The translations under genes were made by a program, and so were the position numbers. Positions 11,073 through 23,659 of a DNA stretch of 64,000 nt are shown one piece after another. Under the pieces are notes generated by a model. That model worked only from the letters and a program-made list of their open reading frames with translations, did no database searches and had not been told where the DNA came from. The DNA lies in assembly GCF_008831285.2 (NCBI RefSeq), contig NC_045138.2, positions 41,540,001-41,604,000 on the forward strand. The letters are read 5' to 3'. Positions within the stretch are counted from its first letter, which is position 1, and each line of letters starts with the position of its first letter. Source of the stretch: Nymphaea colorata (Eukaryota).

Positions 11073-14000
11073 ATGATGTCTAACGCCAAACCTTCTCCTT
11101 CATCTGCCCTTCCTTCTTCCTCCTCACTGTCGACGCAGATTCTCTCTGCTTCATTCAATCAAGATGGAAGGTACTCTCTCTCTCTCTCTCTCTCATGCTC
11201 TTATATTCTGCCAAGCTTATACAAGGAGCCAGCCAGACCCCAATTTCGATTCTCAATCTGGAAATTTATTTATTTGATGGAATTTGATTATGGTGTCGTC
11301 CTGTTTAGCTGCTTCGCAATCGGAACGACCGACGGGTTCAAGATTTTTAATGCCAAAAGCGGGAGACTTTGCTACGAAAGAGGTTTATCTGTTAAATTTG
11401 GAGATTCTTCAGTAATAATATAGCCTGTTGCATTTGATTTTTGATTCTCATCATCTTCTGCTGTCCACATTCTAGAGGACACTATTCTCTTCTCTTTTTG
11501 GCTTATCGGATGCCTCTCTTCACTAAGTAGAACAAATGCCGGCAACGAAACTAACTTCGCTAAAGCTTAAGCTTGGTCAATAATTACTTTATTAAGGAAA
11601 CCTGTTCGTGGAGAACCAATATGTTTCTTATTCCTCCTCTTTGTTCTTTGTAAATCCTTTTGTCGTCAAGGGTTGTGAGCACGTATATTAAGTCAATTTA
11701 TATATCTATTTCGAGGCATTCGCTATATTTAGTCGGTGCTTGCTTCTGATATCTGGTGTGCCGTGTTGAGATGATTTCACAAATTTCTTGGCCAAAGTGT
11801 AAATCTATTCTTTATTTCACTTAATTTGTCTGTCGCCTTGTCACGAACTATGTTTAACTCTTGCATTTGCATAATATTTTGGTGCACGAGAAGTTGTACG
11901 TGCGTTTTTGTGCAGTAACCAACTCAAAAATTTTAACTGGAAGATGACTCTGAAGCCACATTTATGGCAAACAGAAATTGGGTTTTTCATTTAAGAGCTT
12001 CTATGATAGAGCAAATATGTATTGATCTTTTCTATCACAACTGTAAGGAGAAGTATTCCTCGTTGGGAAATCTCATAGGATACAACACAAACATTTAAAG
12101 TTTTAAATGAATACTAACAGGAAAAACTAATCGGCAAGCTTTTGGTACTTGCTTTTTGAGGTTTTCTTACGGATGATGCAAATGTTCTTATGAAAGATGT
12201 ATAAATGAATACGGAAAAGAACTTCCCTAATCCTTTCCTTGTTCTGTGAATTTTTATCCTCTGTTGTCACGTAGCAACCATTAGTTGCATTGTGTTCCAT
12301 CAGACTCCCATTAATTTTAAATTACGGAATAAACTCATTTCAAGCCACGAGAGCTGATGATTAACTCTTACGCATGCTATTTACTTTCTGTTATATAAAG
12401 ACATTATGTTTTTCATTGTTTTTTTCCTGTCTGACTAGCTAATTTTCTTTATGACAGAGTGTGGTGCTCTATGCATTGTGGAAATGCTCTACAGCTCAAG
12501 CCTTCTTGCTATTGTTGGTGCTGGGGAGCAGGTATTACAGTTTTTAGTTTTTGTTAAGACATTCTGAGATAGATTTTTGTTTCCTTTAGAGTTTAAAGAA
12601 TATCCTTTTTAGCTTGTCTACTTTGAATAAGACTGCACTTGAGACTTGGGTCAACTTACCTAACCTTCATTCGACTTGACAGCCATCATTATCTCCACGC
12701 CGACTTTGTCTATTCAATACAGTTAAAGGGACCGCTTTGAGAGATCTGAACTTCTTGACATCAGTTCTTGCCGTTCGCGTAAACAAAAAAAGGTGACTTT
12801 CCTTTATAGCTGTTGTGGACATGCATATTTTGTGTTCAAATTCTTGCTTTTTGTCTTGCATGCTTCTTGGCAATATGGTTGCAAAAGGTTTTTGTCATTT
12901 TCTTTCTTTCCGAATCCAATTCCAACAAGACCTCTAGTATATTTAGCTGTTCTGGGTCCAACCTGAACTACAAACTGAGTGCTATTTGTACTGCATATTA
13001 TGGTTAGAAGCTAAATATGTGGTTCCAAGAACCAAAGCCTCATTGCCTGGTAAGGGATTGTCAAATTGTATGAAGTCAAGAGTTCATTAGGTTTTGTGTC
13101 TGTCTCCTTGAAAGCTGAAACACTGGGCCCGCTGAGGGGAATGTGGAGGTTTTTCTTAATTGCTTGAGCATAAACCGTACAGATGCATGTCAATGTCATC
13201 GAGGTTCCACAACTAGACTAGGGCTTTCTTTGTTAAATTAAGTATAAAAAGAAGCATACTTGCAAAAAGACAAAACTGCATTGGGAAATTAGGATTCTTA
13301 TTTGAAAAAGACGTACCAAGATTAATCTCCATATCTTTTTCTGACGATCTGAACAACTTGCCTGCAGGTTGATTGTTGTATTGTGTGACAAAGCATACAT
13401 CTATGATTCAAACAGTCTTGCGATCCTGGACACAATTGACACGGTTCCTAATCCAAAAGGTCAGAAATGAAGCAAAAGTATGACTCCTAAATAATGGAGG
13501 CATTATTGGTGCCTTTGTGTTTTCTATTCACATAATGATGGTATATTTCCTCATTATGCTAACCTCTCCACAGCTATTTCATTTCCTTTTAATAAGAAAA
13601 ATGATGCTACCTATGTCACATAGGTAAATGATGCTACCTATGTCACATAGGTACAGGTACGGGTGCCAGTACGAATGCTGATGCAAGTACAAGTTCAGAT
13701 TATTTTCAAAAAACTTGGGTACGGGGGTGTGTATATATATATATATTATAAGTTATAACGAAGAAAAAAATAAGAATTCAAACAAACAAAATAACACATA
13801 ATTCAAAATTTATAAATTCCAAAGAAGAAACTATTGAACAAAATATGAAAACGCAGCCCTATATGCATTTATTGAGTATAAATGATGTAAAACAAATTGA
13901 AACCCTAAATATTGGACAGAAAAGGATTCGGTCAACTTTGACGAAGTCCTAAATCGGATGGATACGGTCATGGGTACATTGACCGTATCCGGCACCGTTT

Positions 14001-17000
14001 GATCGGTACCCAAGAGGTATCGAGGACAGTACCAGTACCAATACCAGTGTCAGACCTGACCCGTACAGGTACGCTGCCTTTACAGCAGTACCCATGTGAC
14101 AATGGATGCTACCCATTATTTCTTGCTTGTGACGGAACCAAATGAACAGGAGTCTGCATGTTTAAGCTTGGCTGGTCTGGTTAGTGTAATAAGTTCAACC
14201 CCTTGCTCAAATAGCACAAGCAGGCTTCTTATACAAATTCAGAAGCTTCTATTGGCAATATGAAAGAATGAGGACTTCCTTTTGGGAGCATTGGACTCCA
14301 TTGTTGACTGATCTTCTCAGCTTGTAGAGAAAAGTGACTTCTTTTTTTCTGCAAGATTGTATCTATAATTTTTATTTATGCACTTTATCATGCTTCATTG
14401 CTTTATATTCTTGCCTACTCCTGGAGGAACATAAAACACAAAAAACCCGAATTATATCATCAATTTAGTTTTGTGTTTGATTAGTTTTTGGTTCTCTGTG
14501 TCTTACCACTCAGGTTTAATTATAATGTTTTGTATCTTAATTTACTTCCAAAGGACCATAAAAGGAACAAACCTGAATGATATCATGATTAGCCTTTTAG
14601 TTGTTTTTTTTAGCACTCAGATTTAGTTTGTGCATCTTCATAATGCTTTGTATCTGAATACTTCCCAAAGGAACATCAAGGAACAAACCTGAATGATATC
14701 ATAAAATTACTATTTTTTTGTAGTTGATGTTTTTGGTTCTCTAGCTACACTCAGGTTGTATACCATTAATTGGACATGGGTTGACAATGAGTTGTGGCCC
14801 ATGTTCAGTCCATTTTATATATGATATATTGTGGAATGATGTTGACTAGATCAGTTTCTAGGTATCCCAATTTAATTTTTTTTTTTTTCACTAACCAAAT
14901 ATACTGTTTATTTATTTGCGTGTGAAATAATGATGCAGTTGAATGCATAGAATTGTTGGTATGCAGCTAAATATTTTCAACCCTGTACGCATCGATTTTG
15001 TTTTAGCTCTGGTGGAATCCTGATTTCAATTCGTAATTTCATTTTATTATCCATATGTGCTAAGAACAATGATAAATTCTCAATAGGATTTGGATTTGTC
15101 AATGAGGCAGAAATGCAAATGTTGTTTGCATTACAGTTCAGTTGCCGCTCTTGAATGATTGCATATTGACAAAGCTGTGTCATTTTCTGTTGGTGCTAAT
15201 TATGTTTCTGCATTTCCCAGGGCTTTGTGCTTTCTCTTGTAGCGTGGATGGATGTTATTTGGCTCTTCCAGCAAGTACAAGTAAAGGATCTGTGTTGCTA
15301 TACAATGCAATGGAGCTGCATTCACACTGTCAGGTTGAAGAGTTTCTTGTCTAATCCAAATAGACGTACTAACATCTATGACCACTGTTGCATCTTTTTC
15401 CCTTAATTCACAAGTTTTCCTGTAATTTCATTTGACACGGTAACTCATTAATAGTTGTTCATGCAATTGATAAGCTGAAACATCTTGCAGAGTCATGTCA
15501 TGAATGTCCAAATTGATATTGTGATCAGAATGAAGTTCATATAGCAGCAATAGTTTATCTTTCATGTATCATGTAGAAACACACACCAAGATGGAGAGAA
15601 TAAAAGGCTTGTCAAATATTGTCTGTTCTGGCTTTGTATCTTAGTGTGGTCTTTTCAAAATCAAAGGAAAAATAGGAGAAACCAGTGTTCTCTAATTTAG
15701 AGATAAAGGTAATTAGCATTCCATTTGGGGGGTTTTCTCAGCTAGTCCTCTCTCATTTCAAAGATTAGGTTTTAAAATATTGTAAATCGTGATCTGTAAT
15801 ACGTTTTCCCATTATGTAGATATCTAGCTTGTAAAAGATTGGATGAATGAGACAAATTTTTCAGTTTCCAGCAGTATCATAAAATGTATACCCCATGTAA
15901 ACTAAATGTGCTTTTTCTTGGCTATTAGGTTCCGCCTAAAACCTTCCTTGTCTCCTTTTTCTTTTTCCTAATTTCATAATTCATTCTATACTCTGCTTTA
16001 CCTGTCTTTGAACTCCCATTTGTCATCTATTATATATGGATTTTTATGCATATTTATTTTCTGAACAACAGATAGATGCCCATCAGTCACCATTGGCTGC
16101 CCTTGTTCTTTCAGTTGATGGTACATATATTGGGACAGCTTCTGAGCAGGGGACAATAATCAGAGTTCATCTAGTTTCTCAGCCGGCAAAGGCATGTATC
16201 CTGAATTCCTTTTTTTTATTACCTTATCCTTCTCTGTGATGAATTAATGTTGATATTTTCTTTTTAACAGTCATATAATTTTCGAAGAGGGACATATCCA
16301 TCAACTATTACATCTTTGTCATTTGGATCATCAAAACAAGCTCCAAACTTGCTTGTCGCAACCACCTCTACTGGTTCTGTTCATGTTTTCTCCATTGGAC
16401 CAGTTATAAACCGAAGGTTCAGTTTTGGATTTGTATTGTTATTTAATTTATTTTCAATTAAAAAATTGCATTCATATCGTATTACTATGATTTGAGTTTC
16501 CTTTAGCATCAATGTTTGTCCTGTCATCCTCATCATTTCTGCTACTGCTTCTTCACAATTTTATTAAGGATACTTTTACTCCAAATTTTAATGTTGATGC
16601 TACTAAGCAAACTGCTGCTATTTTCTTAGTCTTAAAAGCCTTATATTGGAGATGTTTGATCTCTTTGTCTGTGAGCAGGAACATGTTCAGATAAATGTGT
16701 TTTTATTTTTCAGTAGTTGGAATTAGTAATCTTTCCTCAATGTTGACGAGTATGTGGATGTATAATATATGTTCCGCTATGTCACATGGTTGGGGTGTGT
16801 GTGTGTGTGCATGCATATGTGTGTATGTACAACCAAATAAGATTATAGAAATAATTGGCAACAAATAATCAACACGCTCATAAATTATAAAAAGTTGTTA
16901 TATTGATTTCAGTAATTGTAATCAATAAAAGTAGCATAGTCAGTGCATTAAATTGAATTTAACCCCATTTGTCTCAGATTTCACAACTATGACAACATTT

Positions 17001-18939
17001 TTAGACAATAAATTGGAAAAACGAGCAAGTCCTCTAACAAAGAATAATCCCACTAAGTTTTGATGAACAAGATAAAAAATTATGTCTGTAAAGTAACAAA
17101 GCATACCAAAATGACCTAAGAAAGAGAATTTGTTTTCACATTCTGATCAAAGTTAGTCTTGTTCAAACTTGACCAAGTCTGACTTTGAAATAAAAGTAGA
17201 TTTTGAATTCACCCAGTACTTCTTTGACCATGTCCAGACGGGTTCATATGGGCATATCACTCAAACAAAAGTGCACGTGACATAGCCTTTCTATATTTTG
17301 ATGGTTCAATCTTGCCTTTTATGGTAGACCTATCTAGTTTGTATAGAAAATCATTGATGTAAACACAGTTCTATTATTTGGAAATTCCTAGTGGGAGTTC
17401 CTAGAAAGGATGAAAGTTTGTGGAAACTATTCTTTTCTTTATGTTAGTGAGAAAAATATCGTGTAAGAAACTGTAGTTTACAGCTATCCTTTCAGTTCTT
17501 GGACATTTAATAGTTCCCTATATTATTCTGCCTTTTCCAGCCAGGTTTGTTGGAGAGAATTTGTGATTTTTTTCTTTCATTTTCTTTTGTTATCATGCAG
17601 TAATGTTTACCGATCAAGTTATAATGGTTTCCCCAAACTCTCTTCTTTTATCACTTCTACATATTTATACATGCACATACATATAAATTTGGCATGCCGT
17701 GGTCAGTAATGGGCTGCAAAAATTTGTGCTTTCTTGACTTTTTTTTTAGCTAACTATTTAACCTAATTTTCGTACCACTTTAGCATTAAAAAGTTCATAT
17801 AAGCATGACAGATTAATTCTACAGGCCAAAGAGATCGGTCAGTCTGCTTACAACAATAATTCCTGATAAAATAAGTGATGCACTTGATCCTGGCCATCAT
17901 TTTGTTCTCCAAAATGCTATTCCAGCTGGTGTAAAGAGGTAACTCTTGTAACTTATAATAATTATTTCACATTTGTGGTTATGTAAGTGCATTTCATTAG
18001 GTCAACTTCTGCAGCTGTGCAACAATTCATGTCAATGATGAAGCTTTTGCTGGTCCATCTGTTACATCACGTGCCACATCTAGGTGAGTTTCATGTCAGC
18101 ATAATAACTTTTGTTTGGAAGATTTTGGAATAGGATAGCCAGTGCAGGTGTGGATGCTTCGTCAAATTATTTCCTTTTAATCTTGCTTTATGTGAATCTT
18201 AATTTTGATCAAGCATACATGTTTCTACTCAAATTTGTGGAATGTGGTAAACAGAAAGAGTCAGGGTGATAATACCTAGCGTGGATCTATAAGCAAGATA
18301 TGTAGCACTTGAGTCCAAATTTAGTCCTATCTATTCACATTTGCAGTAGAATTATCTGATCTGAGGTAGTTGGATATTAAACACCAACAATGGTGATGAG
18401 GTCCAAGAATTTGAAGTTGGAGTCTTCCCTGGGAACTTGAAAACGTCACAGTTGTCAAATATTGGTTTTTTCATAGTAACAAAAGTGGGTGCTAGATGCG
18501 AGGGTCATGAATTTGTAACAAAGAGTAGTAAGAAGAGAGAATGTTTGCCTGTCAGTTAAGGGCTGTGAACTCGGTCTTTTAACTCTGTGCTGGTTCTTCC
18601 TCGTTCCTGTGGTTTGAAAACAAGTATATTACACCTGGGTTGCATGAATGTTCAGTTATTGGGATTTAATATATTACAGTCCTGAACTGCATGAACTGAT
18701 CGCATTGCAGTATCCAATGATAGTGTACCTAGGTTTCATACTCTCCTAATTTGTGTGCGTCTGACAGAAAGAGGGAGTTCAAAATTTTCACGTGTTAAGT
18801 TACTGTACCATTTGGCAGGGCGTCAATTTTCATCCTATCATACAATGGCTATTTCCAGGAGTACAGTTTAACTCTAAACGATTCAGGCATCTCGACATGG
18901 AAGCTGGAGCGTGAATTTAATTTACTGATAAGGATGTAA
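11073..18939 (+). CDS. ATG18b: Autophagy-related protein 18b-like (PROPPIN WD40 beta-propeller), 11 exons, about 376 aa
   Basis: Exons: 11073-11170, 11309-11382, 12458-12531, 12683-12792, 13368-13459, 15221-15333, 16072-16191, 16271-16416, 17825-17938, 18015-18083, 18819-18939 (1131 nt, phases consistent). The translation contains SFNQD, IVEMLYSSSLLAIVG, LSPRRLCLFN, TVPNPKGLCA, IDAHQSPLAAL, TASEQGTIIRV and the phosphoinositide-binding FRRG motif (YNFRRGT). Confidence 0.92.
13638..14104. mobile_element. Non-autonomous hAT-type MITE in ATG18b intron 5
   Basis: Perfect 8-bp TSD GATGCTAC at 13630-13637 and 14105-14112. Terminal inverted repeats (TIRs) CTATGTCACATAGGTAC and GTACCCATGTGACAATG. GGTAC-rich subterminal repeats and an internal (TA)n. 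Confidence 0.82.
14385..14760. repeat. Diverged tandem repeat, about 3 units of roughly 115-130 bp
   Basis: Recurring AAGGAACAAACCTGAATGATATCAT, CACTCAG and TTTTGGTTCTCT motifs. Confidence 0.65.
16777..17285. mobile_element. Older MITE with the same CTATGTCAC-type termini in ATG18b intron 8
   Basis: Inverted termini CTATGTCAC...GTGACATAG and a GT-repeat near the left end. No recognisable TSD. Confidence 0.5.
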
Positions 18940-20335
18940 TATAATGTTGAAAGCCTTTTTCTTTTTGTATGTACATATGGCGACTGTTGTTAATAGCATG
19001 CACTTTTTTCCCTGGCAATGATGTTTTCTGGATTCGTCTCTTAGCTGCTTGCACAAAAATCACTTTTCTGTGCTAGTTCGCATTAATTGAGAGGTTTCCC
19101 GAAGCTTCTGCACACCAAAATTCTGTGTTGCTTGTCCAGCTTCTGGACAAAGTGGTGAGAAGTGATGGAAATTCTTCTGCTAGGAAGGAAAAAGAAAAGC
19201 AGAATACCAGCATGGGCATGGATAATGCTGAACATGCAGCTGATTCTCGGGAATTTCTTTGAATGAAAATTCTTGTTGGACCAAATAAAATGACTGTGGA
19301 AAGTATCAATAATATTCATAAACAGGAAGGCGAATATAACACCACAGCATTGTCACGTCATTCTTGAGTTTTTATCGGAGAGGTCTTTCTCAGGGATTAA
19401 CAAGAACATTTGTTTGTCTTTGAAAAATCTCACAATTCAAAAAATTTTAAAATAGAAAATAATAGAGAAACTAAAGAATTTTGACTTTTTTTTCACACTT
19501 TTCATTCAACTTCATTGTAAAATTCCGAAATAATTATTAAAATTTTGAGACAAAATTTTTTTGCTTTCGCCATTATCTCAAGATGCATCATTTTTTCACA
19601 TCCTTTGTTTTTCCTTCTTTTTTCTGTTCTATCCGATGCTTTGGAAAAAGCAGCAATTGTGATGATGCATCACAGCAAAAACTACTTAAAAGGTCAAATG
19701 AACGTGATAATGGCAATCCACTTTCATATATTATGGTCATGGAAGTTTTCGTCCCATTCTGTATATTGCATTAATGATTGAACTTGTGATAAAGCCAAAA
19801 TGTTGCTTATACTTGCTAATGCACCTCTCTCCGAATACATCATATCTGGATGACACATAAAACATGGTCGAAAGCCAATGTTTCCCGCACAAAATAAATT
19901 GTTTCAAGCATCGAAATTTTATCAGCGATCTTTTTCACCGCAGTAAGGTCCGCGATAAAACATGCCACTTTCAGCTCCACTGACGTTCAAGAATGTCTTT
20001 CTTCTTCTCCAAAGTATATGACCTTCTGACCGTTACGGTAAAACTGCAGCCAAATTCGAGGAAGAAAATCGACGACACTGCTCAACCGTTAAAGCAAGAT
20101 GAGCAGCAAACATGCCAACTGCACCTTAAGTTGTATGGATGCTGCTCACTTGTGATCATTGCTCACATTGTGGATTGAGCAACTCATGTGAAGCTGTGAT
20201 CACATCCCCAACACGTGTTAGCGATCTCCACCATTGGTACCAAACAGGTCCCACCTATGATGGCAACCAGAAACAAGAGAGAGGGAGAGAGAAAGCTCCA
20301 GGAACCAGTCACTGAGAACCAGAGAAGCAGAGAGC

Positions 20336-21822
20336 ATGGTCATCTTCTTGAGGATTCCAAACAGGCCCTTCTGCCAAGCCCCATTCTTCGGCACAGGAAG
20401 AGCCTCATGGCTGAGCACAAGAGCATGCCACCACCCAGTTGGCGGCCTTTTGGCAGCTGCAGTCGTTTTCTCCGCTGCCAACTCCCTCGAGCCGCCGGAG
20501 ACGCTCTCTAACGTCCCACAGACGCTTTCCGGTGGGTCTACTGGCGCTCTATGCAAATTTATGCAGTTGAATTAACGGGGTTGGCCGTCTTGCAGGGGAT
20601 GACGGAAAGGCCGCCAGAATCCAGAAGCCCAAGTCAAGGCGTGCCGAATCATGTACCGTAAAGTGTGTGACCACGTGCATCCGCGGCGGTGCTGGATCAC
20701 CTGGAGAAGGCCCTTTAAACGCCAGGAGGTATTTTCCATTTCCTTTTCTTCTTTTTTATTCCCTTCTCCAAATTCTACAACGTTGTTAAGACATATCTTT
20801 TCTTATTTTCTTAAAAGTATGGCTTATATCTATCAATAATGCTGGTTTTTATAAATATAGGCAAGCTATTATGATATGGCATTCTACATATTCATTAGTT
20901 AAATCTGCATATATCCATTAGCTAACTAAAACAAGTAATAAATATCCAACGGATCAAATCCGGGATAACAATCGTTCAAAATCATGTTTGGTACGCTAAA
21001 AACTGACAAAATCTTCAAACTAGATTGGAGCTACTGGCATCCCTGACAGGTCGGCTGTTCAGGTTATGCAATTTATGAACCAGGCCGGCTGCATGAACCT
21101 ACTAGCTAGAGATTATCACTTGATGTCATTAAAACAAGGGAAATAACATCTACCTAATGCAGTTTTTTTCCACTTCTTCGCAGGCCCCTTGTGGTATTCA
21201 AACAAGGATTCAGGAGTCGGCAATATTGGTAAGCCTTGTACTTCCCAAAATTGAACTCAGCTCTCTCTCTCACACACAAACTTGGTTTCTGCTTCTTAAT
21301 GTTTTTCCTAACCAAGCATGCTGCTGAACTTGCTCCGTTGTTTATTTGGCTTAGCACATTTCCTAAATATGATCCACAGGATAGGAAACACATTAACTTA
21401 TCCCTGCAAATGGAATATAACCCATGACCTGGTTCAATTTGGTGAAACCAGTCAGTTAATCTGGATCTGGTCAGTCAGGAAAGTCAGATTTGTCTTTAGA
21501 TCAGACCATCACATTGCAGGAAAACAAGTATAAAGAGCTGATTTGGCAAAGGCAAACGCTTGTAGTATCAAATATGAATTGTCGACGCTTAAACCTAATT
21601 CGAACCAGTTGCTTCCTGATCCGTGAATGTCTTAGCCTTGTCACCCCTCCTGTATTTTGCAAAATTGGAGACGCCATAGTTCTTATTTTTTTTATCAGTA
21701 GGATCTTTTTGGATTTTCCATAACTATGTAGAATTAAGCTTATCTGGGTTCTGCTGGATTTCAGCCTGATTGAATGCTCGGATATCTGTAACCTCATCAA
21801 GGATGGTGAAGATGGAAGTTGA
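20336..21822 (+). CDS. Small plant protein of unknown function with twin CX3CX3C motifs, probably plastid/thylakoid-targeted, 4 exons, about 143 aa
   Basis: Exons 20336-20531, 20596-20728, 21184-21228 and 21765-21822 (432 nt; all GT-AG, phases match). Translation: MVIFLRIPNRPFCQAPFFGTGRASWLSTRACHHPVGGLLAAAVVFSAANSLEPPETLSNVPQTLSGDDGKAARIQKPKSRRAESCTVKCVTTCIRGGAGSPGEGPLNARRPLVVFKQGFRSRQYCLIECSDICNLIKDGEDGS*. From memory it resembles Arabidopsis At3g50685; this is not verified. Confidence 0.88.
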
Positions 21823-23659
21823 TGAGTTCCTCATTATCTCAGGAAAATTCCTTTTTGTTGTATAAAGATCAATCTCATTTGTTTGGTTTAGATAAAAGGC
21901 GATTCTATTGACCTTAATGTCACTACACAGAGAGAGGGAGAGCGAGCGCACATGGTCATCGTGCATCGGATACAGTCGAGCAGGTTCTGCCCTTACCCTC
22001 AGTGGTACCAAAAAGATGAAAAAGAACTTGATTTTTCTTTTCAAGTCATCAGATATTGAGTTCTTCGTGTTGCGATGGGAGCGGAGCTGCGCTTTCAATT
22101 TTACCAACTTTCCCTTCAGTTTGTTTTCAATTCTGTTTTTGTATGTTTGAACGTGTATTTGAAAGGAGAAAAAAAATCTTCACGTCAAGAATTACGCTCA
22201 AATTTAGTGAATTGGCATAGAAAAGAGTGGGAGTGTTTTCATCCGATCAGGCATAAACCGCGCCTAAAGGTCAACACTCATCAGTTGCAACACCAAATCA
22301 TGTGTTTCCGGCTGTTCGACCCCGCGGCTCCTGATCAACAAGAGGTTGATCCAGCTCGCTGACCAGGGTATGAAATTTTCAGAAGTTTTTTATACACAGA
22401 TGTTCAGAGAATGCCTCATGACAACTATGGTCTTCCTCAGAGTTGCAGAAAAAAAAATAGTGATTGCCCCCTTCACTCCTGCCTCTATCACTAGGAGGTT
22501 GGTCTTGGTCTTAATCTTTATGTTGAAAAATGTAAAAGCCAAGAGTTCAAATACCCAGGGGGGGAATTCCATTTGTTACCGTGGTTTAGCAAAGACGTCT
22601 TGTGTGTGTGTATATATATGACTGTCGACTGAACCATCCGGCCATAATTTTTAACACTTTTAAGAACGGCTACTAATTTGAATTTTTATACCTAAGACAA
22701 TGACAGTCAATACATAAATTATATCTTTTCGAACATACGAGTTTTGATTCATTCTTAATGAAAGGATGGGAGCGTACCTCCACAGAAACATGAGTTTTAT
22801 AAGCTAAAACATTTTGGCATTAATCATTAAACCTTAAAGATACCTTATTAAACATTAAAAAATACATATTTTTCTACATGAACTTATTGATACTTTCGTT
22901 ATAACGATCACATCCACGCAGCAGATGGTCCTGCTGCGTGGATTGCAAGGTTTTACGATCCAACAGAACGTTGGCTGATCGAAGTGTCTTTAACACGGGG
23001 ATGATGGTTTACACTTCTTTCCCGCTTCATGGCTTTCTCCATCTAGATGTCCACTTAAGATTTATATATGTAACCATATGATGTGGAGAAAAAGTAGTAG
23101 ACAACACTGAAAGCGCCAAATAAATTTCATTGATTGGTTGTATACATGTACATACTACATAGTACCATTTGGGGCATCATGCGTTCTTCTTTGTGCTTCG
23201 GCGATTGATATAAGATTTAACATTTCAAAAAGTAAAATTACCCTTTGGTTTTCTATTAGTAGTCAGCTTTATGTACTCCACGGTAACCAGAAAACTCCCT
23301 TTACCTAAAATTTGTTTCTTTCTTCTGCTCCATTTCCCACTTTATTGCTTCCTCGACCAGCGGTATGCTAGTCTAATAAATTTTAAGCATCCACTCACCC
23401 ACTCTCTTAATTATCGCTTCTACATCCATTTCAGTTTGCTGGTAACTGTGGTCTGTACACTATTGGATGCCTCAGACCCAGTAACATGTTACAAGTAACA
23501 CAAAACCTGAACTCGGTGTGAAATTTTCTGCAAGACATGGAAACACCAATTAGAATGGAGTTTTATATTAATATAGAGGCCTCGGAGAAAGAAATGCAAT
23601 AGTGGGTGATAAGAAGTTAACTGATCGCTGAACTTCCCCTCTTAATACCAACTTGACAT

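Noticed and set aside
19078..19263. Open plus-strand frame (FALIERFPE...SREFL*) after the ATG18b stop, as a possible alternative last exon
   Set aside because: The candidate donor near 18935 does not join it in frame; probably 3'UTR.
20215..20556. 98-aa plus-strand and 112-aa minus-strand ORFs
   Set aside because: Shadow frames of exon 1 of the spliced Cys-motif gene. The plus-strand one could act as an overlapping uORF only if transcription starts upstream of 20257, which is unknown.
22912..22960. Hairpin as a Helitron 3' terminus
   Set aside because: No CTRR end at the expected distance.
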